From: Flavobacteriia bacterium
GTDB taxonomy: Bacteria; Bacteroidota; Bacteroidia; Flavobacteriales_D; Crocinitomicaceae
Length of the DNA stretch: 64,000 bases
Assembly (NCBI GenBank): GCA_026391005.1
Contig: JAPLEV010000053.1
Span: 9,218-73,217 of the forward strand
Direction: 5' to 3'
Part shown: one piece after another, positions 50,459-59,208 of the stretch
Layout of the letters: each line of letters opens with the position of its first letter
How positions within the stretch are numbered: the first letter of the stretch is position 1
Made by a program: the position numbers and the translations under genes
The notes under the pieces: model-generated
The model's input: only the letters and a program-made list of their open reading frames with translations
What the model was told of the DNA's origin: nothing
Databases searched by the model: none

Positions 50459-51064
50459 TTATAAAGTTACACATTTCAATACTTCAGCGATAGAAGCATA
50501 GCTTTTTTTAAGTTTGATTGGAAGCCCGCTGGCACTCACCCAACATACACTCGTGATCCCTTCTTCCTTTTGAGCCACTAACTTTTCAATCCCGTCATAA
50601 TTCATGAGAAACCAACTTGTTTTCTTAAGATATGACTTACCATTAAATAAATAAACATGATAGGAATTCAATAATTTACTTTTTATTTGAGGCTTATTGA
50701 TCAAGCCACATTCTTCCATTACCTCCCGCACCGCTGCATTTTTTGAAGTTTCTTTTTTTTCAACTTTACCTTTTGGCAGATCCCATTTATTGTTTCTATG
50801 AATAAATAGCATTTCTTTATCACGAAAAACCAGCCCCCCTGCCGCTTTTATTTTTACAAATGACTTGAAAAAGCTTTTAAAAGCACGCTTAGGATCATCC
50901 GAAATAATTTGACATTGCTTTGTTGTTACTTCCAACATTTTTTCCGTTAGACATTGCAAATCTTGAGGTGAAAAAGGTTTCAAGAGGACAGCAACATTTT
51001 TTATTTCTTCTGAAACAAAAAAAAGTTCAACATTATCTATAAATACTTTATATTTTTGAGCCAT
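50459..51064 (-). CDS. NUDIX hydrolase with N-terminal extension
   Basis: Nudix box GKVEKKETSKNAAVREVMEECGL. Confidence 0.8.
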   Translation of the reverse strand: MAQKYKVFIDNVELFFVSEEIKNVAVLLKPFSPQDLQCLTEKMLEVTTKQCQIISDDPKRAFKSFFKSFVKIKAAGGLVFRDKEMLFIHRNNKWDLPKGKVEKKETSKNAAVREVMEECGLINKPQIKSKLLNSYHVYLFNGKSYLKKTSWFLMNYDGIEKLVAQKEEGITSVCWVSASGLPIKLKKSYASIAEVLKCVTL

Positions 51065-51713
51065 GATTCATAACAAAGATACAGCATTTCGAATTGCAGA
51101 CGAGCTGTTAAAAATAAAAGCGATAAAGTTACGCCCCCAAAACCCTTTTACATGGGCATCTGGATGGAAATCACCCATTTATTGCGACAACAGAATTACC
51201 CTTTCATTTCCTGCTGTTAGAACTTATATTCGTCAAGAATTTTGCGCAGCTATATTAGCTCATTATGGCAAACCTGATATAATTGCTGGTGTTGCGACGG
51301 GAGGTGTGCCTCAGGGAGTATTGGTGGCTCAAGAGCTTGGCCTACCTTTTATTTACATTCGAAACGCGCCAAAAGAGCATGGCATGGGTAATTTAATTGA
51401 GGGTTTATATGAAAAAGGCCAAAAAGTAGTTGTTGTTGAAGACCTAATATCTACTGGCGGAAGCAGTATTAAAGCCGTTGAATCCCTGCGCGAGGCAGGT
51501 CTAATCATAAAAGGATTGGCTGCTATCTTTTCCTACGGATTTAGTGTTGCTGACCTAAGTTTTAAGAAGGCTGAATGTCATCATATCACCTTATCAGATT
51601 ATTCAACGCTTATCGAACAAGCATTAAGTTCAAATTACATAACAGAAGATGATTTGCTAGAACTACGCAAATGGAAAGAAAATCCATCGAAATGGCATAA
51701 TTCAATGTCATGA
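51063..51713 (+). CDS. pyrE: Orotate phosphoribosyltransferase
   Basis: SGWKSPIYCDNR and the PRPP motif VVVVEDLISTGGS. Confidence 0.92.
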   Translation: MIHNKDTAFRIADELLKIKAIKLRPQNPFTWASGWKSPIYCDNRITLSFPAVRTYIRQEFCAAILAHYGKPDIIAGVATGGVPQGVLVAQELGLPFIYIRNAPKEHGMGNLIEGLYEKGQKVVVVEDLISTGGSSIKAVESLREAGLIIKGLAAIFSYGFSVADLSFKKAECHHITLSDYSTLIEQALSSNYITEDDLLELRKWKENPSKWHNSMS

Positions 51714-52117
51714 TTATTACGAGTAATGAAATCGTTGTTTTTACTAACAAAAAAGAGCTACAATCTTTTCTGATTGATTGTACAAACTACGAGCTATTGC
51801 TGCCACAGGATAAAATATCTGATTTCAAAGCCACAATGGCTGAATGTAGCTTTAAAGTTCAAGGCGGAATAACTATTAAATTAATTCAAAGTGGAGTAGA
51901 CGAAACGGGTGCTATTTTACTTAAATCAGGAGTAGAAAGTCCATTTCCTTTTACACTAAAAGTTAATTTGATAGAGGCTATTAACTCCACACGAGGGAAT
52001 ATTAAATTCGACGGAGAACTTAGTCCTTTTGTAGCCATGGTGGCAAAAAAACCACTGGAAAACCTTTTTAATTTTATGGCGGAGAAAATAGTTGAACGAT
52101 TTACAATAAAAAACTAA
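51710..52117 (+). CDS. Hypothetical protein (135 aa; possibly SRPBCC-like)
   Basis: ORF whose start overlaps the pyrE stop codon (ATGA). The fold assignment is a guess from size and context only. Confidence 0.5.
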   Translation: MIITSNEIVVFTNKKELQSFLIDCTNYELLLPQDKISDFKATMAECSFKVQGGITIKLIQSGVDETGAILLKSGVESPFPFTLKVNLIEAINSTRGNIKFDGELSPFVAMVAKKPLENLFNFMAEKIVERFTIKN

Positions 52118-52829
52118 TTTCTTTATTCCTAAATGTTTTGATCTCATCCTGGACATACATTTCCAATTCTCCGCGATGATTTACACCAATAATCGTCCCT
52201 TCAAATTCTTGGCCTAGCGCTTCAAAACGCATTAATGTTTGAAATCCAAATAACTGTTGCAAATAATCTTTCTTAATCAAGGCATTATTTTTTCCAACAA
52301 AAGAAGTCCAATAATTTAATTCCCTAGTTAAAATTATTGACACCTCGTCGATCACGAAAGATTTACACTTAATTTGAGACATGCTAATTGCATTAACATT
52401 GCTAAAATCAAGCTGATTGACATTCAATCCAATTCCAATAATCATCGATTTTACTTTTCCTTCAATGATATTATTTTCAATTAATATTCCAGCTATTTTT
52501 AAGTTTTTGACTAAAATATCATTCGGCCATTTAATTTTGGACTCAATTCCAAAATAATTTAAACAGTGTAATAGAGCCAGAGATATACTCCAAGAGTACT
52601 CTTCTAAGCAATCGACTGACACTTTGTCGGGAAAAAAAATATAACTACAGAGTATATTTTTTCCTGACTCAGACTCCCATAACGAAACCCTTTGGCCTTT
52701 TCCCTCAGTTTGGGCATCTGCCAAAACAAGTGTACCATTTTGACAAAGCGCTTGTTCTATTAAGTTGGCAGCAAAATTGTTGGTAGAGTCAACCTGGTCT
52801 AAGCGGAAAATTTGACTGCCAAAAAACAT
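52101..52829 (-). CDS. birA: Biotin--[acetyl-CoA-carboxylase] ligase (group I, no DNA-binding domain)
   Basis: GKGQRVSLWES loop (a variant of GRGRxGRxW) and KWPNDI motif. Length is 242 aa. Confidence 0.85.
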   Translation of the reverse strand: MFFGSQIFRLDQVDSTNNFAANLIEQALCQNGTLVLADAQTEGKGQRVSLWESESGKNILCSYIFFPDKVSVDCLEEYSWSISLALLHCLNYFGIESKIKWPNDILVKNLKIAGILIENNIIEGKVKSMIIGIGLNVNQLDFSNVNAISMSQIKCKSFVIDEVSIILTRELNYWTSFVGKNNALIKKDYLQQLFGFQTLMRFEALGQEFEGTIIGVNHRGELEMYVQDEIKTFRNKEISFLL

Positions 52830-52880
52830 TATGGATAATCTATTTGTAATATTCCAAAGGTATAATTAAAATATAAGGTT

Positions 52881-52888
52881 TAGATTTG
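52881..52888 (+). promoter_or_regulatory. Bacteroidota-type -7 box TAGATTTG
   Basis: Perfect TAnnTTTG match 17 nt upstream of the rsfS ATG. Confidence 0.3.
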
Positions 52889-52904
52889 TAAACTAAAAAA
52901 ATTA

Positions 52905-53282
52905 ATGCGAAAGAAAAAAGATACTGATTCCTCAGATTTATTAGTTAAAGCAATCGTTGAGGGAATGCAAGAGAATAAAGCAAAAGATATTGTAATTTTA
53001 GATTTACGAAAATTAAACAGTGCAGTATGTGATTTCTTTGTTATTTGCTCGGGCGATTCAAGCACTCACGTGGATGGCATAGCCAATTCTGTTGCTCGAT
53101 TTACTAGAAAAGAGCTCAAAGAGAAACCGTGGCACATCGAAGGCAAAACAAATAGTGAATGGATTTTGTTAGACTACATAAATGTGGTAAGTCACGTGTT
53201 CTATAAAGACGCAAGAAATTTCTATGAATTGGAGGACTTGTGGGCAGATGGAATTAGAACAGATATACCCAATATAAATTAA
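52905..53282 (+). CDS. rsfS: Ribosome silencing factor RsfS
   Basis: 125 aa. VICSGDSSTHV and WILLDYINVVSHVF blocks. Confidence 0.88.
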   Translation: MRKKKDTDSSDLLVKAIVEGMQENKAKDIVILDLRKLNSAVCDFFVICSGDSSTHVDGIANSVARFTRKELKEKPWHIEGKTNSEWILLDYINVVSHVFYKDARNFYELEDLWADGIRTDIPNIN

Positions 53283-53284
53283 TT

Positions 53285-55393
53285 ATGGCTAAAGAGAATA
53301 AAAAAGGTGGTTTTTCAGTTTATTGGATTTACGCCATTTTAGGAGTATCACTAATTGCTTTCCAATTAATGATGAGTGGTGACACCCACGTTACTATTTC
53401 AAATAAAAAAACACTTTTCGAACTAGTAGATGCTAAAGGTGTTAAAAAAATTGAAATTGTTAATCAAACAAGTGCCGACTTTTATCTTTCTAAGGAAGGT
53501 ATTGAATATGTGAATAAAGCGCGTGGATACGATTTCGAAACTATTAAGAAAGCTTTAAAGAAACAAGGTCCCGTTAAAGGGAAAGAAATTATTTTCGAAA
53601 TAGAAAATATTGGTGATTTGGGTAATTTTCAGCATGATTTAGATGATCGTAAAGCAAATTACTCGATAGTTAACCGAGTCAATTATTTTTCTCAGATACT
53701 TAGTTATATATTGCCTTTCGGTATTATCATCCTGATTTGGATATTCGTTATGCGAAGAATGTCTGGTGCTGGCGGTGGTGGTGGTGGAAGCCAAATATTT
53801 AATATTGGTAAATCGCGTGCTCAAGTTTATGACAAAGGTAAATCCACAAACACCACTTTCAAAGATGTGGCCGGTTTAGCAGAAGCAAAGATAGAAATTG
53901 AAGAAATTGTTGAGTTTTTAAAAAATCCAAAAAAATATACCGACATAGGCGCGAAAATTCCCAAAGGTGCCTTATTAGTTGGTCCTCCAGGAACAGGAAA
54001 AACCTTGTTAGCAAAAGCAGTAGCAGGTGAAGCCAAAGTTCCATTCTTTTCATTATCAGGATCAGACTTCGTTGAAATGTTTGTAGGTGTAGGAGCATCG
54101 CGCGTTCGTGATTTGTTCAAACAAGCAAAAGAAAAAGCCCCGGCGATCATATTTATTGACGAAATAGATGCAATTGGGCGAGCAAGAGGTAAAAACAACG
54201 GCTTTAATTCAAATGATGAGCGAGAAAATACCCTTAACCAACTTCTTACTGAAATGGATGGATTTGGAACTAACTCAGGTGTAATTATTTTGGCAGCAAC
54301 CAATCGTGCCGACGTATTAGATAGCGCCTTAATGAGAGCTGGACGTTTTGACAGGCAAATATATGTTGATATGCCGGACTTAAACGAGCGTAAAGAAATT
54401 TTCCAAGTCCATTTGAAACCCTTGAAATTAGAACCGAATTTAGATGTAGATTTTTTGTCTAAACAAACTCCTGGCTTTTCAGGTGCCGATATAGCCAACC
54501 TATGCAATGAAGCCGCGTTAATTGCAGCTAGAAATGGTAAAAAGAAAGTTGAAAAACAAGACTTTTTAGATGCTGTGGATCGCATTATCGGTGGATTAGA
54601 GAAGAAAAATAAAATAATAAGCGTTGAAGAAAAGAAAGCAATTGCTTTTCACGAAGCAGGACACGCAACGATTTCATGGTTATTAGAATTTGCGCATCCA
54701 CTCGTTAAAGTGACTATAGTGCCTAGAGGCCAGTCCTTAGGTGCCGCATGGTATTTACCAGATGAGAGAAGTATTACAACCACAGAACAATTACTTGACC
54801 AAATGTGCTCAGCACTCGGAGGTAGAGCAGCGGAAGAACTAACATTTGGAAAAATCAGTACGGGTGCCTTGAGTGATTTAGAAAAAGTAACTAAACAAGC
54901 CTATGCAATGGTTTCCATCTATGGTTTGAATAAAAAACTTGGTAATATTTCTTTCTATGATTCCCAAGGTAGAGATTCCTTTACAAAACCTTACTCAGAC
55001 GATACCGCGAGGATTATAGATGAAGAAGTAAGCACATTAATTGAATCACAATACCAGAGAGCGCTGAAAACGTTAACAGAAAACCAAGATAAACTAATCT
55101 TGTTGGCTGATAAACTGTTGAAAACAGAAGTTATTTTTAAAGAAGATTTAGAACTTATCTTTGGTAAAAGACTTTGGGATAAAGATGTTTTATTAGAGGA
55201 CGCATCTGAGGAAACGATTAAACCGAAACCAAAAAGGATTCCAAAGAAAGCTGCTACTGTTGCGACAACTGATTCAACAACTGATTCAACCATTGATTCA
55301 ACCATTAATTCAACAACTGATTCAACAACTGATTCAACCATTGATTCAACAACTGATTCAACCATTGATACAAGTTCTAAAACCAATGAATGA
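53285..55393 (+). CDS. ftsH: ATP-dependent zinc metalloprotease FtsH with repetitive Thr/Asp/Ser C-terminal tail
   Basis: Two TM segments, an AAA+ domain (GPPGTGKT, DEIDA) and an HEAGHA zinc site. The tail is TTDSTTDSTIDSTINS... Confidence 0.95.
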   Translation: MAKENKKGGFSVYWIYAILGVSLIAFQLMMSGDTHVTISNKKTLFELVDAKGVKKIEIVNQTSADFYLSKEGIEYVNKARGYDFETIKKALKKQGPVKGKEIIFEIENIGDLGNFQHDLDDRKANYSIVNRVNYFSQILSYILPFGIIILIWIFVMRRMSGAGGGGGGSQIFNIGKSRAQVYDKGKSTNTTFKDVAGLAEAKIEIEEIVEFLKNPKKYTDIGAKIPKGALLVGPPGTGKTLLAKAVAGEAKVPFFSLSGSDFVEMFVGVGASRVRDLFKQAKEKAPAIIFIDEIDAIGRARGKNNGFNSNDERENTLNQLLTEMDGFGTNSGVIILAATNRADVLDSALMRAGRFDRQIYVDMPDLNERKEIFQVHLKPLKLEPNLDVDFLSKQTPGFSGADIANLCNEAALIAARNGKKKVEKQDFLDAVDRIIGGLEKKNKIISVEEKKAIAFHEAGHATISWLLEFAHPLVKVTIVPRGQSLGAAWYLPDERSITTTEQLLDQMCSALGGRAAEELTFGKISTGALSDLEKVTKQAYAMVSIYGLNKKLGNISFYDSQGRDSFTKPYSDDTARIIDEEVSTLIESQYQRALKTLTENQDKLILLADKLLKTEVIFKEDLELIFGKRLWDKDVLLEDASEETIKPKPKRIPKKAATVATTDSTTDSTIDSTINSTTDSTTDSTIDSTTDSTIDTSSKTNE
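55265..55372 (+). repeat. 12-nt tandem repeat x9 (ACM AYT GAT TCA) encoding (T-T/I-D/N-S) units
   Basis: Read directly from the sequence: nine consecutive units with only 1-2 substitutions each. Confidence 0.92.
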
Positions 55394-55589
55394 TTTAGTC
55401 TGTTTACTAAACACCACCGATCGATTTTATTTCGAGATCTGTAAAGACTTACTTATGAATAATGAAATTGAATTTCGAGAAAGGAACACAGTAGACAGCA
55501 TGTATCAAAATTTTGGGGTATACGAGCTATATGTTCATTCAAAAGAGTTAGAAAAAGCGAAACATCTAATCGATAACACAAATGAATAA
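55386..55589 (+). CDS. Small conserved-looking protein (67 aa; possibly DUF2007-like)
   Basis: The ATG at 55386 overlaps the ftsH stop codon (ATGAATGA), and its own stop overlaps the cdsA start (ATGAATAA). The listed 109-aa ORF start at 55260 is a repeat-frame artefact. Confidence 0.5.
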   Translation: MNDLVCLLNTTDRFYFEICKDLLMNNEIEFRERNTVDSMYQNFGVYELYVHSKELEKAKHLIDNTNE

Positions 55590-56403
55590 TTTGGTGATTC
55601 GATCCATAACAGGGCTAATCTTTGGCACCGTAGTTATTGGCTCAATTCTTTGGGGACCATACGTTCAAGCTCTTGTATTTTCAGTTTTCATGCTCATTGG
55701 ATTACTTGAATTTTATCGATTATTTAAAAATCACCCCTTACTAAATATTAGTAAAGAAATAGGCGTCTTTATCGGTGTTTTTATTTTCGTATTACTTGTT
55801 GGTATTAGCATGAAAACTCTGCCAGTATTATCCATAGCATTTATTTTTCCATTATTTTTCACCTTAGTTTTGGTTGAATTGTGGAAAAAACATGCCAATC
55901 CAATAATCAACATATCTGTATTGGTATTTGGGATAATCTATGTAGTAATACCTTTTTATTTAACTATTGATTTGAATTTAAGAAACACCTTCGTTTTACC
56001 AAGTATGGTAGGAATGTTTCTATTAATATGGACAAACGACACCTTTGCCTATATTACCGGACGATTATTCGGAAAAACGAAATTATTCGAACGTATTTCC
56101 CCAAAAAAAACGTGGGAAGGAACCATCGGAGGCATCGTTATGACAATTCTATTGGGTTATATTATTGGGCGATATATAAATGAAGGCCATATTCTCTTTT
56201 GGATGATATCTGCGGCGATCATTGTACCAGGATCGATCTTTGGTGACTTATTAGAATCATTATTTAAAAGAAGTCTACAAATAAAAGATTCCGGAAGTAT
56301 CCTTCCAGGTCATGGAGGAATTTTGGATCGATTTGACTCAGCCTTATTTTCAATCCCATTTTTTTATTGCTGGAGCATGGTTTATTCTTATTGGTTGTCT
56401 TAG
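55582..56403 (+). CDS. cdsA: Phosphatidate cytidylyltransferase
   Basis: Signature SLFKRSLQIKDSGSILPGHGGILDRFDS. Polytopic membrane protein. Confidence 0.92.
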   Translation: MNNLVIRSITGLIFGTVVIGSILWGPYVQALVFSVFMLIGLLEFYRLFKNHPLLNISKEIGVFIGVFIFVLLVGISMKTLPVLSIAFIFPLFFTLVLVELWKKHANPIINISVLVFGIIYVVIPFYLTIDLNLRNTFVLPSMVGMFLLIWTNDTFAYITGRLFGKTKLFERISPKKTWEGTIGGIVMTILLGYIIGRYINEGHILFWMISAAIIVPGSIFGDLLESLFKRSLQIKDSGSILPGHGGILDRFDSALFSIPFFYCWSMVYSYWLS

Positions 56404-56451
56404 AAAGTTCATAATGTTGCCAAAGTCGATCTAATTTATTAATTTCCCGTC

Positions 56452-57120
56452 ATGAAATTTCATAGAGAGGGGTATTCAATACTATTAATTTCTTTCATTG
56501 CTTCGCTAATTATTGGTATTGCCAGCTATTTTCTGCTACTAAAGAATCTACATTGCATTGTTTTTTGCGTAATCGAAGCAATCAATTTAATTTTCTTTAT
56601 TTTAATCGTTCAGTTTTTCAGGATTCCAAAAAGACAAAAAACCTATCAAGACGATGAAATAGTTTGCCCAGCTGACGGTGAAATTGTTGTAATAGAAGAA
56701 ACCTTAGAAACAGAATACTTTAATGATAAAAGAATCCAAGTTTCGATTTTCATGTCCCCCCTAAATGTTCATGCGAACTATTACCCAGTTAATGGTGTAG
56801 TAAATTATCAAAAATATCACCCAGGAAAATTTTTAGTCGCATGGCATCCAAAAAGTAGCACGGAGAATGAACGAACCACAATGGTCATTAAAACAGATCA
56901 AGGCGTTGAAGTATTAGTTCGACAAATAGCAGGTGCAGTTGCGCGACGAATTTGTTATTACAATGAAGTTGGAAGTATTGCAAAACAAGGAGAAGAATTC
57001 GGTTTTATCAAGTTTGGCTCAAGAATTGATGTTTTCTTACCAAAGAATACCGAGCTTTCAATTGCAATTGGAGATAAGGTACAATCAAAATTAACAATCT
57101 TAGGAAAAATTAAAAATTAA
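56452..57120 (+). CDS. psd: Phosphatidylserine decarboxylase proenzyme
   Basis: Two N-terminal TM segments and a FGSR self-cleavage-type motif (IKFGSRIDVFLP). Length is 222 aa. Confidence 0.85.
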   Translation: MKFHREGYSILLISFIASLIIGIASYFLLLKNLHCIVFCVIEAINLIFFILIVQFFRIPKRQKTYQDDEIVCPADGEIVVIEETLETEYFNDKRIQVSIFMSPLNVHANYYPVNGVVNYQKYHPGKFLVAWHPKSSTENERTTMVIKTDQGVEVLVRQIAGAVARRICYYNEVGSIAKQGEEFGFIKFGSRIDVFLPKNTELSIAIGDKVQSKLTILGKIKN

Positions 57121-57148
57121 TATATAACTTTATCAAAAATTAAAAATC

Positions 57149-57358
57149 ATGAAAAAATTACTTTTAGTATTGACATTAAGCACATTTGTTGCTCCGATGG
57201 CAATTAATACCTATGCAGCAGCCAATGGTATTAAGGTTGAATTAAATGATGATGACAAGAAAAAGAAGCGTAAGAAAAAGAAATCTTGTTGTGCATCAGA
57301 AACAAAATCTTGTGGCGCAGGCGAACAAAAAGCTTGTTGTACTAAGAAAACGAATTAA
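57149..57358 (+). CDS. Small secreted poly-Lys / Cys-rich peptide (69-aa precursor)
   Basis: Signal peptide ends in TYA-AANG. The mature part is ...DDDKKKKRKKKKSCCASETKSCGAGEQKACCTKKTN. A strong terminator follows. Confidence 0.6.
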   Translation: MKKLLLVLTLSTFVAPMAINTYAAANGIKVELNDDDKKKKRKKKKSCCASETKSCGAGEQKACCTKKTN

Positions 57359-57380
57359 TTAAAACTAAGATTAAAAAAAA

Positions 57381-57407
57381 ACCACCTTACCGGTGGTTTT
57401 TTTTTTG
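57381..57407. terminator. Bidirectional intrinsic terminator
   Basis: ACCACC-TTACC-GGTGGT hairpin flanked by A8 upstream and T10 downstream. It lies between the convergent small peptide gene and the acyl-CoA ligase gene. Confidence 0.8.
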
Positions 57408-59174
57408 TCAATTAGCATACATTTTAGAATATAAATGCTGATAATTCTCCATTATCCTTTTTCGTTTTAGCTTCAAGGTCGGAGTTAATTCACTTGCAGC
57501 AATAGAGAACTCATTTTCTAATAAAGAAAATTTCTTAAGCTGTTCCCAATTGCCATATTGCTGATTATATTCATTTACCTCCAAATTAATTCGATCAAAC
57601 ACCAATTCTGAATTTGCTATTTCGGCGTTAGATAATGTGCTAAAATCATCACCCTTTTTTTCTGCCCATTCGCGAATATAGGCGAAGTTAGGAACGATAA
57701 ATGCTGCAGGAAATTTTTCTCCTTCGCCTACTACCATAATTTGTTCAATAAAGCGTGATTCTTTAAATTTATTTTCCATGGCTTGAGGCACAATGTACTT
57801 TCCTCCTGAGGTTTTGAAGATTTCTTTTTTACGATCCGTAATTTTTAAAAACTTATCTTCTTGGAACATTCCGATATCACCGGTATGAAACCAACCATCC
57901 ACATCAAAAACTTCCTTTGTCGCTTCTTCATTTTCGAAATACCCCATCATCACATTGGGGCCTTTAACCAAAATCTCTCCATCCTCGGCAATTTTGACTT
58001 CTACTTTCTCAATTAATTGACCAACACATCCAATACGAATTCCTTTAACAAAGCAATTTACTGAGACCACAGGTGATGTTTCAGATAAGCCATACCCCTC
58101 TAAAATGGGCAAGCCAGCGGCAAAAAAGATGCGTGCAAGTCTAGGCTGTAAAGCTGCACTTCCTGAAGCAATAGCGCGGACATTACCACCGAGTGCTTCC
58201 TGCCATTTTTTAAAAATCAATTTGCGGGCAATTGTTAATTTAAAGGTATACCAAGCACTTTTTCCCATAAAATCGTACTCTTCTGCTAAGGCAACGGCCC
58301 AAAAGAACAATTTTCGCTTGATGCCTGAAAGATCATCGCCCTTTGCCATAATTTTATCGAACACTTTCTCAATTAAACGTGGAACAGCTGAAAAAACTTC
58401 CGGCTTCACTTCTCGAATATTTTCACCAATGGTTTCCATGGATTCTGCAAAATAAATAGAGCAGCCTAAATACATATACAAGTAATGTAACATGCGTTCA
58501 TAGACATGACAAACAGGTAAAAAGGAAAGGACTTTCGACCCTTGAGATGCAGGAATTGGCGCTATGCAAGCTTCAACATTTGATAATAAATTTATGTGTG
58601 AAAGCATTACACCTTTGGGATTACCAGTAGTACCAGAAGTATAAATGATTGTCACCATATCTTCAGGGGCAACTTCAGCCATTCGCTTAGTAACCTCACT
58701 TTCTTCGACATTAGCCGCTAGTTGATGAATCGATTTCCAATTAGTTGCTCCCTCCACTTCATCAAAAGTAAAAACTGAGCTTAGAGAAGGCGTATTGGGA
58801 CGGATTTTTTCTACTTTATCAAACAATTCTTTATTAGAAACCACGATTAATTTCACGGAAGCATTATTGATTATAAAAGAATAATCAGATTCTGAACTTG
58901 TAGGATAAAGCGGTACAAGAATTGCCCCTATTTGTTGGACGGCAATATCAAAGATATTCCACTCTACCCTATTATTCGCCGATACGGATACCCGATCACC
59001 TTTTTGAATATTGAGTGCAATTAGTCCCCTAGAGACAAGCATGACCTCATCGAGAAATTGTTGTGTTGAAGTACCAATCCAATCGCCTGATACTTTGGTG
59101 ACAAACATCGTAGCATTCGGATAATTTTTTACTTGGTGATAGGGAACATCAAAAAGTCTTTTAGCGTAGAACAT
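57408..59174 (-). CDS. Long-chain fatty acid--CoA ligase (AMP-dependent synthetase/ligase family)
   Basis: AMP-binding motif YTSGTTGNPKGV, plus GYGLSET and TGD blocks. Length is 588 aa. Confidence 0.88.
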   Translation of the reverse strand: MFYAKRLFDVPYHQVKNYPNATMFVTKVSGDWIGTSTQQFLDEVMLVSRGLIALNIQKGDRVSVSANNRVEWNIFDIAVQQIGAILVPLYPTSSESDYSFIINNASVKLIVVSNKELFDKVEKIRPNTPSLSSVFTFDEVEGATNWKSIHQLAANVEESEVTKRMAEVAPEDMVTIIYTSGTTGNPKGVMLSHINLLSNVEACIAPIPASQGSKVLSFLPVCHVYERMLHYLYMYLGCSIYFAESMETIGENIREVKPEVFSAVPRLIEKVFDKIMAKGDDLSGIKRKLFFWAVALAEEYDFMGKSAWYTFKLTIARKLIFKKWQEALGGNVRAIASGSAALQPRLARIFFAAGLPILEGYGLSETSPVVSVNCFVKGIRIGCVGQLIEKVEVKIAEDGEILVKGPNVMMGYFENEEATKEVFDVDGWFHTGDIGMFQEDKFLKITDRKKEIFKTSGGKYIVPQAMENKFKESRFIEQIMVVGEGEKFPAAFIVPNFAYIREWAEKKGDDFSTLSNAEIANSELVFDRINLEVNEYNQQYGNWEQLKKFSLLENEFSIAASELTPTLKLKRKRIMENYQHLYSKMYAN

Positions 59175-59208
59175 AGGCTTAATTTATTAAGCGAATATAA
59201 CCAAAAGA

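Noticed and set aside
53827-54585. A 252-aa ORF antisense to the AAA+ domain of ftsH. Similar long antisense ORFs lie at 29199-29765, 59372-59899, 58105-58455 and 24886-25518.
   Set aside because: Each lies entirely within a strongly supported conserved gene on the other strand. The translated sequences are low-complexity (Ser/Phe/Lys-rich) and have no recognisable motifs. I treat them as shadow ORFs produced by the codon usage of the sense gene.
55260-55385. An N-terminal (LIQQ/LIQP)n extension of the 109-aa ORF, and the 131-aa antisense ORF at 54991-55386 (VES repeats).
   Set aside because: Both are alternative-frame readings of the 12-nt tandem repeat that encodes the FtsH tail. The plausible small gene starts at the ATG at 55386.
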